The notes under the pieces were generated by a model. The model saw nothing but the letters and a program-made list of their open reading frames with translations. It did not search any database and was not told where the DNA came from. A program made the translations under genes and the position numbers. Positions 1-11,980 of a DNA stretch of 64,000 nt are shown piece by piece. Numbering within the stretch: the first letter of the stretch is position 1; every line of letters begins with the position of its first letter. The stretch is from Macrostomum lignano (Eukaryota), in NCBI GenBank assembly GCA_002269645.1, contig NIVC01002962.1:1-64000 (forward strand), written 5' to 3'.

Positions 1-2805
1 GTCCAGCCACCATTGGAGCGAAGTTCCAATTAATGGCGGAGTGCCAATTTTTAGCGACCTAAAATTTTATAAGAAAAAAGGAGATAAAGAATGGTAAAAT
101 AAAAAGAAAGATAAACGTCAAAGACGTCAAACTTACAGATCTTTATCAAACTGTTCTTCTCCACTAAGACAAGCTTCGCTATCCTGATAATTTCCCAATG
201 GTTTCCCAGCATCCTTCATCCGACTTTTTTCTTCGGCCTCATCGTTGCGAAACACAATCATGGAGTCGGATTGCTCCATTTTAGCAGAATTAGTCGCCGA
301 AGAAGACTTCGAAGACGATATGGACGTTGAAGTCGAAGACGAAGACGTTTCTGATGGCAGCGAATCGCCTCTGGCTTCGCGTTCGCTCTCGCTCAGACTG
401 GTCACTCGGCGCCGAAGGCTGCGCCTCTGGGGTGGGTCAGGATGGGATTTTTAATTGTGGGTCAAGATGGGAATTTTATAATTGTGGTCAAGATTGGAAT
501 TTTTAATTGTGGGTCAAGATGGGATTTTTAATTGTGGGTCAAGATGGGGATTTTATAATTGTGGGTCAAGATTGAATTTTTTAATTGTGGGTCAAGATGA
601 GGATTTCTCATTGATGGGTCAAGATGGGGATATCTGAGAGTGGGTCAAGACAAGATGGGAATATCTGAGAGTGGGTCAAGATGGGATATCTGAGAGTGGG
701 TCAAGATGGGATATCTGTGTGCGTGTGTCAAGATGGGGATATCTGAGAGTGGGTCAAATGGGATTTCTAAGAGGGTCAAGATGGGACATTTAAGAGTGGG
801 TCAACATGGTGATTTCTCTTTTATAGGTCAAAATGGGGATTTTTTGTGAGTGAGAGTTATTGAGAGTTTCTGACAGCAAACTAACTCACTTAGGCAGTAT
901 CTCAGTCCAAGAAGCGTGATATCGAACAATATTGCGATGATCTAATCGACAAAGCGTGGCCACCTCTCGATGAACTCGATGCAGCTCAGTTAGATCAAGC
1001 CGTCGAAGGCGAATTTTCTTAATAGCATAGAGACCGCCATCGGTGAGGTTCTTCGCTCGATGGACGACACCGAAAGCGCCACTGCCCAATCGAGCTTGCT
1101 CTTCAAAGTTGCTCTGATACCAGTTAGGAGTGTTGTCCAGTCTGAATAAATTTTATGCAATAATAATTAACTACTATTAGTAATACACTGGCATAGGGAG
1201 GCAAAACAGTAAAGTTGTTGCCAATCTAGCGCCACAGACTCGAGACTCTAAGCGGCCAATCTAGCACCATAAACGAGACTTTAAGCGCCAATCTAGCGCC
1301 ACAGAAGAGACTCTAAGCGCCAATCTATGCGCCATTGGCGAGACTTTAAGCGCCAATCTATGCGCCATTGGCGAGACTTAAGCGCCAATCTAGCGCCATA
1401 GGTGACTATAAGCGCCAATCTAGCGCCACGTGAGACTCTAAGCGCCAATCTAGCGCCACTGGCGAGACTTTAAGCGCCAATCTAGCGCCATAGGTGACTA
1501 TAAGCGCCAATCTAGCGCCATAGGTGACTATAAGCGCCAATCTAGCGCCACGTGAGACTCTAAGCGCCAATCTAGCGCCACTGGCGAGACTTTAAGCGCC
1601 AATCTAGCGCCATAGGTGACTATAAGCGCCAATCTAGCGCCATAGGTGACTATAAGCGCCAATCTAGCGCCATAGGTGACTATAAGCGCCAATCTAGCGC
1701 CACGTGAGACTCTAAGCGCCAATCTAGCGCCACTGGCGAGACTTTAAGCGCCAATCTAGCGCCATAGGTGACTTAAAGCACCAATCTAGCGCCATAGGTG
1801 ACTATAAGCGCCAATCTAGCGCCATAGGTGACTATAAGCGCCAATCTAGCGCCATAGGAGACGCTAAGCGCAAATTTAGCGCCGTTTAGATCGTCAAAAA
1901 AGTTTTTTTTGATAAAAAATCAATAAGAAAATCAACAAGAGGCTTACGAAAGTCTTCGAGGAACGTCATCGCAGTTGAGTTTCGGTATAACTATTGAGCA
2001 CTGGGAAGACTGAAAAAGAAACAAAAAGATAAAATTTAAGTATTAAAATACAGTACAATTTCTTAAGTTTCGTTCAAACAAAAAATACGATACTACTACT
2101 TACCAACACCCCGACAGTAGTCTGTTCAAACAATCGGGCAAACGCACTTTCAAAAAGCGGATTTACGGTTAGAAAATTCTTCATAGCCTTAGTCTTCCAG
2201 CGAAGTATGCCGTTAGCGCGTAGCATGCGAAATACGGCTGAAATTGGGTTATTTGATGGAAAAAATACTTGTAAAGTCCATTTCTCTTACTAACAGTAGG
2301 GCGTACAGTATTGGCGCGCTTCTACCTGTTTGCAATCCCTATTCTGCCAGTGCCATGACGTAACTTTTAGACAAAAACAGATGGATAGAACACAAGGTAA
2401 CACTCACTCTGAAATTTGACATCAGCTTCATAGTCGTTACTGCTAGACAGTCGGCAAATATGCTTAATAGCTACAGAGCATAGCGTTAATAATCGATAAT
2501 TATCCTGATCGATTTTGCCATCGCCTTGATGTCTAATACTGACAGCTGATGTTGGATCCACTGAGGCGGAGCTTTCAGCGGAGCCAGGGGTGGCCAATGC
2601 AAAAGTGGCATTGTCATCTAGTGTACGACCGCTCGCTGATGACAGCAGAGTACCCGCTGGGCGCTCCAGTGGATCTTCAAATCAGTTAGGAGTGACAGCA
2701 AAATTATAACACAGTAATTTACAACTAATTACCATAGTTACTATATAAAATATAAAATTTTAGGCAAGAACTTAACTACTCACCATCAAACTGCAGAATT
2801 GGCAT
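1..2805 (-). CDS. EIF2AK1: eIF2-alpha kinase, HRI-like; 5' portion (exons 2784-2805, 2408-2674, 2104-2237, 1948-2009, 890-1141, 137-418, <1-58), continues beyond window start
   Basis: All introns are GT-AG with matching phases. The product contains WYQSNFEEQARLGSGAFGVVHRAKNLTDGGLYAIKKI...HREVATLCRLDHRNIVRYHASWTE (kinase subdomains I-IV, eIF2-alpha kinase style) followed by a Ser/acidic kinase insert (SDSMIVF). The short N-terminal helical region (LLTLCSVAIKHICRL...VKFQTVFRML) resembles HRI and shows no sign of the GCN2 RWD or PERK luminal domain. Confidence 0.8.
440..830. repeat. intronic tandem repeat, degenerate unit around GTGGGTCAAGATGGG
   Basis: More than a dozen copies of gtgggtcaagatggg with variable spacers fill the kinase intron 419-889. 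Confidence 0.85.
1231..1885. repeat. intronic minisatellite, 29-31 bp unit (TAAGCGCCAATCTAGCGCCATAGGTGACTA and variants)
   Basis: About 20 tandem copies are directly visible; they explain the spurious ORF 1528..1722. Confidence 0.95.
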
Positions 2806-3189
2806 ATTAGCCACTAATTGCCTTCTCATTTTGTTAGTGCCATTGTTAGAATTTATTGGTACTGTTGACTCGGCCTGAAAATAATCGATTTTCACTTTTG
2901 AAATTTGAAAATAGTGGCATACTGAAGTTAAATATAAGTGTAGTAGGGGATTATAACAAAGTTATATTTTATTACAATAATAATTAACTTAATTTATTTT
3001 AACTATAGAACCAGGACCCACATCCTACGAGTAAAAATAAATATTTGAAAATTCAAGTTAGATTAATAAATAATTAGTGTTTTAAAACAAATTTGCTAAA
3101 GTTGTATACTGCATACATTAGGGACACCTTTTCTGTAACAAAGATGGCCTTTGCTCTTGTTTTGCACCAAGAACTACTCAAGTAGAAGA

Positions 3190-3960
3190 GTAGGAAACTA
3201 TGCTTTTTGGAAAATTGCAAAGGCAGTTTTTTTTTAAATTTAGTAATGCAGATAAGAATTTTTTCAGTTTGTAATTGTTATTGCTTTCATTAGGAGGTAG
3301 ATCCAATTCTTGTCTTTTGATATGTTTTTTCTTTCTTATACATATAGTTTTATCGATTTTTGTACAGCTATTTATTTAGAAAATTAGGACTTTGTTTTAT
3401 TAAATATCTTACATATTAAATCTTACATATTTATCAACATTGAAAAGTTGCCATCACAGAACAGAAGATTTAGTCTATGATTATGATTTTCACTTTTGAG
3501 AGTGCAGGTAAAGTCTCTCAACTTTTGCAAATGTGTTGTGATACAACTTAGCTATGCCATAGCAGGTTGAAGTTATGTGGTTAAATATAAATGTCAATGT
3601 CCTATATTTAAAAATAAAAAAATGCATTGCACAGCTTAATCCATTGGTTTTATAAATATATTTTACCATCTCTGTTACATAATTTGGTAAATTCAGCTAA
3701 AATGATCATATATGTCAGATTCATTAAATTTCACATTATTAAGATATTTTTAAGGTTTTTAGATATAGGACATATATAATTATACATAGAAAAAATAACA
3801 TAGAAACCCTAATTTTTTAAACAAAAGCTTGATAAACATAAATAAAGCTATAAGAAAAACTAAAATAAAAAATATGAACATTAGGTCTACTTCCTATTAA
3901 AAGCAATAACAAATTTTTATAGTGAAAAACAAAGCACTTATTAGGCACTTAGGTAAATGT
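3190..3960. mobile_element. old degenerate relative of the long-TIR element at 11161-11858
   Basis: 3260-3420 resembles the left TIR (aattgttattgc..taggaggtagatcca..tcttttgatatg..agaaaattagga) and 3790-3930 resembles the right TIR. Boundaries are approximate. Confidence 0.6.
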
Positions 3961-4379
3961 GAAAATATTTGTAGTGTTATAATTTCTTGTTATGCTCGTA
4001 GACTTATATTTTTGTTTTTTTTTTGTTTGCTTCTTTGATCAAATTGACATTGTCATAAATGTTAAAAATGAAGTTTTCATTAACTCACAAAACTTGATGC
4101 AAAAATCTTTATGGCAGCCTGTTAATGTTAATAAAAACTCTTAGTCTTAATGCTTATTAACACTTATTAACAGACTGGTGCCCAATACTATACATTAGAT
4201 TGCTATTATAATATATTAAAACAATACTATGGTATAGATAAAGAGTTCTAAGAGTGTTGCAAAGAAGATTGTTAGAAAATTGGGAGCAATGATTTCATGC
4301 AAAAGGGAGTACTAAGAGTAAGTGCTGTGACCCTCTAATCTCGGTAATGCCTAGACAAGAGGATTGTATATATAGTTAC

Positions 4380-5520
4380 CAACAACAACAACAACAAAAT
4401 ACACAACCCTGCATGCAAAGTTAGAGCAGGGTGCATCAGATGGCGCGCTGCAGAGCCTAGGAGCAAACAAAGTCAGCTCCATAGGCAGTGTTGGGCGCCC
4501 TAGCATTGCACAGCAGGCAGTCCACATATCGATGGGTTTGGGCCTGACCCTGCCTGAATGGACCCTGCAAGGTGAGCAGCAGTGACCTCTTGAACAGGTT
4601 GGGGGCAGTAGCCCTCAGCCTGGATCACATAACCCACCAGTTGAAGTCACCACTGGTGCAAAATGGTGGATGGGCGCTTAGTTACCAGTAAGACAATTTA
4701 GGCCAAATCTACTAAGAATGCTACCAGAATGCTACCAGAATAGTATTAAAAATTAAAAATTAGGACAATAGGATTTAGTACAACTTTAGTGGCTTTACAG
4801 TAAGATAGAAGTTACCCCTGACAACTTTGGTGGCATTAGTGGGATTTCTTATTGTGTAGGAACCAGTGCTACAACACTTATTATGAATTTTTATTGTAGC
4901 ACAAAGGCATTACATGCAATCAAGTCATTTAAAGTTTTGTGCGTTGGTCCATTTATCAAATTGCAGCCATTTGTTGTCTTGGTGTCTTTTTTTCTAATTG
5001 TTAAGTAGCATTTTCAGGGTTGCTAGAAGATTATCATTGATTCTAAATTGGAGTCTTGGTGGTCTCAAGCAAGTCTGGGCCAGTTTTTTGTGCTAGGGCA
5101 TGCTAACCCTGTCCAAGGCCAAGATGACAGAGGTGCAGTGCCTCCCCACCTAGTTGCTTTGAGATGCTAAATGTGGCAGCCACCACTGGCAACTTGCGGA
5201 AAGACCCAGTCTGGACCCAGAAGGTTGTCCAAGCTACTATGGCAGTCCACCAGCTGGCAGTTGAGACTGTCTGCCGGATAGTAACCACTTGCGCTGGCTA
5301 GATCCAGGGCACCCAGTGGCCAATAGCCAATGCCTTCTTGTGGCATGCCGGGGCATGCCTGGCACCTGATAGCCTGCCGCTGGCCTTGCTACATGCAACC
5401 CTGCAGGCCTGCCAAGTGGGCTCTAGCTGTACCACCCACCAACTGGCTAAGGCCCCCACAGCAACATGGCATAGCCTGCTGCTAGGACAAGCGCTAAGTA
5501 AGATACTAGCCATTGTATTT
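4380..5520. mobile_element. GC-rich decayed transposon-like remnant, family not identified
   Basis: GC-rich coding-like islands (4380-4680, 5090-5520) with CpG depletion and stops; no recognisable intact domain. Confidence 0.3.
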
Positions 5521-7700
5521 AGGACTTTTTAAATTTTTTGTTGGCTTGCAGGGGATTTAGTAGGCATGGCCTCTACTAGTCCCACCAAATGTAATTTTAT
5601 TTTCCTCTATGTGGATTTTACTCACCAAATTAACATTATACATGCTGACATCATTTCTCTATGTGGAAATCCCCTTTTTTTCTTAGTGTATTTTGGGCTC
5701 CCACTCCTTATAACTTTTGTTTTATTGTGTAAGTAGTAGGGTACACCCAGTATTTACTTGTCACCACCCAATGTACCTGATCATTTTCTATTGCACATCA
5801 TGCTCTTCTTACCCAGGGTAACCCATTTCCTCTTAGTGGCTCATGAGAGCTCATTTAAGAGTTTGCACTCTTCTCTCCCAGCTAGACTCTTGTTTGGAAT
5901 TGCCCCTCTTGTTTTGGAACCACCCAACTCTTGTTTAGGACCCTAGCAGACTCTTTTGCAGCCCCATTCCAGACTTCAAGATACAAGGGGACCCTATGTA
6001 TAAAACTGAAATCCCAGACCTGACTAGCTCTTCCCAATTTGCCAATTTAGCATTTGCTTATCAAGTAACCTTGCTTAACCACCAAAACAACAATAATAAC
6101 TATATCTAATAGCAAATCTGATTAATAACTGCCAATTTAACTTTTTTAATTTAATTACAGCAGTACTTACAGCAAACTACTACTTACAATAACACACTTA
6201 GCAAATTAGTCTATTTTAAGTTTCCTTATATTGGCTATACTTGGCTATACTCCTCATCCAAATAGCAATACTAGACCACTCAGCCACAACCACAGTTACC
6301 CTCCCACTGAACCTGAGGAATGCAACAGCTGGAGCTCCCCATTATTTGCACCCAAGATTTTTGCCCAAGTTTTTGAATTGTCAGGAATCACACCAATTTG
6401 AATGGCCCAAAAAGCAGTATGTGGCAAAACAAACCAACTGACAACAAAACCCCCATCCTCAGTAACAAGTCAATTTGCCAAAAGTTAATTTGCTAAATTA
6501 TGATTCACCAAAATGAGTTTGTTTTGCAAAAGTTGTTTTTTTAACAAATAAACAATGCAAAAATATAAGAGTAAACCCAAGACATCCAGATTGGAATGAA
6601 ATTGGGAATATTGCAATAAAATTGAAATAATTTCAATAATTACAATTTTATTTCCCAAAAATTAGTTAAATTGCAATTTGCTTTTGCAAGTCACTTGTAA
6701 TTATTGCAATTCTAGTCAAATGTTTTACTTTCCACTTACAGTAGAATACTTAGAATATTAAATTGTACAGATTACAACTTGATTATGAATTTTTATATAT
6801 TATATATATAGTATATCAGTATATATCTATATCATAGAGTTGGTGTAGTGACTTGGCTTGTATTGTTTGGGTTGCTAAGGGGGTTGCTGCGTACACTTTA
6901 CCATTGTGCTCTAACTCTCCTTTGCTTGTTCTTTTGTGCATATGTGCACGTGACTAATATAATATGTCAATTTTGCAGTTCCAAAATTATTGATCAGTTA
7001 AAATACTATTTTGACAAATACATTTATAAATGATTTTATCATGCTATCACATAAGCATCTCTCTGCCACACAAACTAAGTGAAGTTTTTACAGTGGGCCT
7101 ATTGTATAGACTATAGATCAGATAGAGGTGGCATGTAAGCCTGGCCCTATAAGATTTTACCTCACCTATAAATGTAATTTAACTTAGTTAGCTATGGTAG
7201 CACACTTGCCTCAGGCCTATTGCTTTGTGATAGTGTAATATATTTCAGTAAATATACTATATGTAACATATACTTTTTTACATATAGGCCTACTAAATGC
7301 AAAAAAGCAATCATAAATTGTTGCAATTGGCATAAATTAGTTTTGTTTTTTAAACTTGTTTGTTATTTTCTAATAGGCAAGCATGTATTTATATGCATAA
7401 GGAAAATCCATAAACCATGTATTCTATAAAACATAAATCAATGCAGTATATTACTGTGATGAATTGAGATTGAGACAAAGTGATTGAATTGGCTTGAGCT
7501 GCAAGTTGTAGACAGCGTTTCTAAACTGATGTTTTGGTCCTTTATATTGTATTATAGAACTGAGTACATATAGTTAGGACGAACAATGTACATTGCGAAG
7601 AAGTACTATATGCATAAATAGAAATCGATCAGTTCAGTGCAGGGGGAGGGTCTACAATGGTAAGCTAAAATTGAGCAGCCAAGCGCACAAAGCAGTATAG

Positions 7701-8488
7701 GGCTCATTCCATATAAGCATGGTCGTAACATGACAGGTTATTTTTACTTATAAAATGAAATCTAATAATAGAATATACTAAGCCAATATTTTAAATGAAA
7801 GATTATTTTGTCTAGAATATATGTATAGAGTTTCATATAGATATCATCATTAGTATAGATGCTATTAAACCTTAAATGACACTTATGGTCGTAACGACAG
7901 GATTTTTGACATATAGAAACTAAAAGGTAAAAGTCTTATAACATTTTTCATTTTTGATATTTTGCAATTACATTTTTAAAATTTGACTAAGAACATCTTT
8001 AGAAATCATACTCTTTTTATTAGAATATATAAACTCAAAAGGCAACAAAGATACAAAAGAAAAGGCAGCCTTATGGTCGTAACATTATGGTCGTAACATA
8101 TTTTTTTCTGTCAATTCAGTAACTTTGAGGTACTAATACATTAAAAATATAATAGATTATTTGGTCACCAATGCTTTTATCTGATGATGCAAGTACTATA
8201 CTTTTATCTATAGTTTGTTTCAACCTTCAAAAGCTTTCTATTTGTTTTTAAAAGGTACAAAATCTTAATGATGTCTTTTGCTTCGAAAAATGTCCAAATT
8301 TTTACAAAAATGACTTTTTGCCAATTGATAACATACTAATCCAACATTTTACCATTCCTTTATTCTTAGATTGTATATATTGCACAATATAAACATTTGG
8401 TAAAAAAATAGGCTAATTAGGCAATGGCAAGCAAAAATATTGACTTTTTTCTATTTTCCAAATATGTCCATCTTATATGGAATGAGCC
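7701..8488. mobile_element. non-autonomous DNA transposon (MITE) with 4-bp TSD ATAG
   Basis: TIR GGCTCATTCCATATAAG at 7701 and CTTATATGGAATGAGCC ending at 8488; ATAG on both flanks; internal repeats of ATGGTCGTAAC. Confidence 0.75.
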
Positions 8489-10363
8489 ATAGTTCAAATC
8501 GGTATAAGACAGCCAATTCATAATTACTTGTATATATTACTAGTAACAGCAAGATAAAAAGAAAAATTACAAGCAGAATTACTTAAGCAAGTTAAAATTT
8601 GATTGCCAATTAAATTGTAATTGTCACAATTGTAATCTAATTATAATCTGCTTGTTGAGATTGAAATTTAAATATATTTTTTTTATCAAGATTGACAATC
8701 AATTGCCATTGCCAATTAATTTGCAATAATTTCCCAGTTTAGTTAACTCAATTGTAATTAATGTTCAATTATCACAATTTTAGGCATCTTTAAAATAAAC
8801 AGCAAACAATGTATATTTATGATATCTAATATATGTTTACTTGTTTTTTTTTAAATTGCTGTTTAATAATCTGGAAATCCCTTTACCCTGTGCATAGCTG
8901 CTATTTAGTCAATCCGGCAATAGGACAAATCCAGCAACAAACAATCCTTAAAGAATGTTTATATTTTAGGATTGTCGAATTTTAATTTAAGTTTTAACAA
9001 TTTAAGTATTTGTGCAAGTGTCTGTTGATATATATTGGTTCACCTACTATAGCCTATATAAGTGACAAGATGTTGCACAAGAAACTATATATTGTCTTTA
9101 TATTTCTTATAAAAATTGCATTTTAGCAAAAATAAGAATTCTGTAGTGCCTAATCAATCATGAATTAAAATAATTCTTAGCAATGAAAACTAATTAATAG
9201 AACTTTTAGGACCTTTAGCACATTAGGCCTACCAATCAAGTTTTTAGTGAATTGATTTTTGGCAAAAAAAGCATTTGACAAATGGGTATTGGACCAGACT
9301 AATTGTTTGCCTTTGCTAGCTATCCATCTACAGGCAAAAGAATGGTCCAAATTGAAAAGTTTTAAAATTTTCAAGACATGCTGCACTAATAAGCAATAAG
9401 ATCCTAAAATGTTTTTTAATTATTCACTTATATTCTAGAATTTTTTAAAATAAAGAAAAAGTTGACTTAAAAGTACATACTTTTTCAGAATTTGTTTGTG
9501 AAATGCATATATACATGTACATATGTTATATATTTGTCATATAAATGTAGAATTATAAATATCTCAGAGCAGCAATATAATATAATAAGTTCAAGTTGAA
9601 TGTGCCATTATTTTGGGGATAGGCCTATTGTTTGGTAAAATACGATATTTGCTAGTTGCTTATGCGTTATGCCAAACTTAATGAGTGACATAAATGACTA
9701 AAAAAAAGTTAGGAACTCTACTTACTAGGCCTTTGCTTGCTATAAGTTACTACAATGTCTGTACTCTGTTGCCAATATGACTTATTGCTCAAACAACTAT
9801 TGTCAAAGCATCTTGTCACTATGTCTTGAATAGTAGAAACCTAACCTAAGTTGGTTAAGGCCTACTACATCCACTATTTAGCACTGACAGATGAATAATA
9901 GTCCACTGGCCAATTGCCTAGGGCAGAGGAATAGTCTAGCAGACATATTGACTTTTGGCAAAAAGGTTTTTGGCAAATTATCTAGCATTTATTTTATTTA
10001 AAAATCTAGGGGGCCTAATTTAATTAGATTGCGAGGACTTAGCACACAATAAGATGTGCATAGGCCTAGTTAATCGTCTTATTTATCTAATTATGCAAAA
10101 AATTAAAAAAAATCTTTTTCACTTCCAGCACAATTTTTATTACGGATATATGCTACCTTACCCCTGGCCCTACCTACTTGTACGCCATTTTATTTACTAG
10201 GCTCACAGTTTTTAAGCAAATAAAAAAGAAAAAATTGGCAAGTAGGGATAGCAACGTCCTACTGCTTGTTTTAAAAAGGATTATTATCATTATCTAATCT
10301 ATTGCTTTTATTTAACAAGTAAAAAATCCGAAACAGATATGCTAAATCCAATCACAATACACT

Positions 10364-10633
10364 GAGGCTTTTCATATTACCAATTCCAGAATCAGAATCG
10401 GTTCGGATCTTCCAAGAAAAACAGCAGTAACTAGGCCTATTTAATTTTGTTGAATGTTTGACTGACTTAACAACCTCACTTAGCAAAATTTTTCACTTTC
10501 TTCTTGGCGATTGTCATTCAATAATAAAAACTTTATAGCACGTATCTCCCTCTAGTTATGGAGACAAAAGTTATACTTCACATCACAAATTGGTTCTGGT
10601 TCTGCAACCAGAACAAGCAATATGAAAAGGCTC
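10364..10633. mobile_element. PIF/Harbinger-like MITE, copy 1 (3-bp TSD ACT)
   Basis: Ends GAGGCTTTTCATATT and AATATGAAAAGGCTC; ACT on both flanks; closely similar to 10655-10922. Confidence 0.7.
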
Positions 10634-10654
10634 ACTGAGGACGATGACGAAACA

Positions 10655-10922
10655 GGGCCTTTTCATATTACCAATTCCAGAACCAGAATCGGTTCGGAAT
10701 TCCAAGAAAAACAGCAGTATAACTATTAAACTCTGTTAATATTTGACTGCCTTAACAACCTAACTTAGCACAATTTTTCACTTTCTTCTTGGTGATTGTG
10801 ACATTGTCATTCAATAATAAAAACTTTATAGTACGTATCTCCCTCTAGTTATGGAGACAAAAAGTTATACTTCACAAATTGGTTCTGGTTCTGGAACCAG
10901 AGCAAGCAATATGAAAAGGCCC
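10655..10922. mobile_element. PIF/Harbinger-like MITE, copy 2 (3-bp TSD ACA)
   Basis: Ends GGGCCTTTTCATATT and AATATGAAAAGGCCC; ACA on both flanks. Confidence 0.75.
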
Positions 10923-11160
10923 ACAGACAATCGTCATCAGTTAGTAAGCAGCGTCGTCACTTGCAAGCAGGCATACCATGGGATTTAAATCTTAAGATGA
11001 AATAATATTAACTAAGCAAAAAAATTTAAGGATAAAATAATAATAAGTTAAAGACAAATTTTTTGAAGTAGCTTCAAATTGTTTTTTTTGTATTTAAATT
11101 AAAAACAAAAAAGCTAATTTTTGCTTACGACTTTAGTTTTCGGTTTGTAGTAGGCAGTTC

Positions 11161-11858
11161 CAAGGACGACTTAAGTAGAAGGACGGGAAACCTCGTTTCT
11201 TAGAAAAGTTTTGAAGGCACTTTTTCCCGAAAAAATACACTACGGAGATAGGAAGTTTTCATTTTTTCAGCACAAAAATTGTTATTGCGTTTGATAGGAG
11301 GCAGATCCAGTGTTCATCTTTTGATATGTTGTGCCTTTTTTATTGCTCTATCGATATTTATAAAGCTTTTCGTTCAGAAAATTAGGATTCTATGTTAATT
11401 TTTTATTCTACGTATATTTTCGCGTGTCTTGTGCTTGAAATACATTAGAATGCCACGGCTCGGCTCTTTAGCTTCATGAGTCTTTTTTATCATTCTTACC
11501 CGACTGTGTAGCAAATATTTGTAACAGAGATGATAAAATAGGTTCATAAAACCAAATATTGGAGCTGTGTCATGCATTTTTGTGATTTTTAGATACAGGA
11601 AATATACGTAGAATAAAAAATTAACATAGAATCCTAATTTTCTGAACGAAAAGCTTTATAAATATCGATAGAGCAATAAAAAAGGCACAACATATCAAAA
11701 GATGAACACTGGATCTGCCTCCTATCAAACGCAATAACAATTTTTGTGCTGAAAAAATGAAAACTTCCTATCTCCGTAGTGTGTTTTTTCGGGAGGAAGT
11801 GCCTTCAAAACTTTTCTAAGAAACGAGGTTTCCCGTCCTTCTACTTAAGTCGTCCTTG
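11161..11858. mobile_element. young non-autonomous long-TIR DNA transposon, P-element-like (CAAGG...CCTTG ends, 8-bp TSD GGCAGTTC)
   Basis: Nearly perfect inverted repeats of about 260 bp (11161-~11419 and ~11600-11858); GGCAGTTC at 11153-11160 and 11859-11866. CANRG termini with an 8-bp TSD are typical of the P superfamily. Confidence 0.85.
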
Positions 11859-11980
11859 GGCAGTTCTTTAAATTTCAATGCCGTGTTAAATAAGACTGCT
11901 CGGCCGTCCGTCTGTCCAGATAAACTTTAGCTGTTGTTAGTGATTTTATCCCGCTAATTTCGTTCATTTGAGTTAAATCA

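Noticed and set aside
419-429. First CAG (429-427, minus strand) as acceptor of the kinase-insert exon
   Set aside because: It gives the wrong phase; the CAG at 421-419 fits the phase-2 donor and lies at a better distance from the CTGAC branch-like site.
2806-11980. Functional coupling of HRI and SPS through a bidirectional promoter
   Set aside because: They are separated by 9 kb of transposon debris, with no shared regulatory signal visible.
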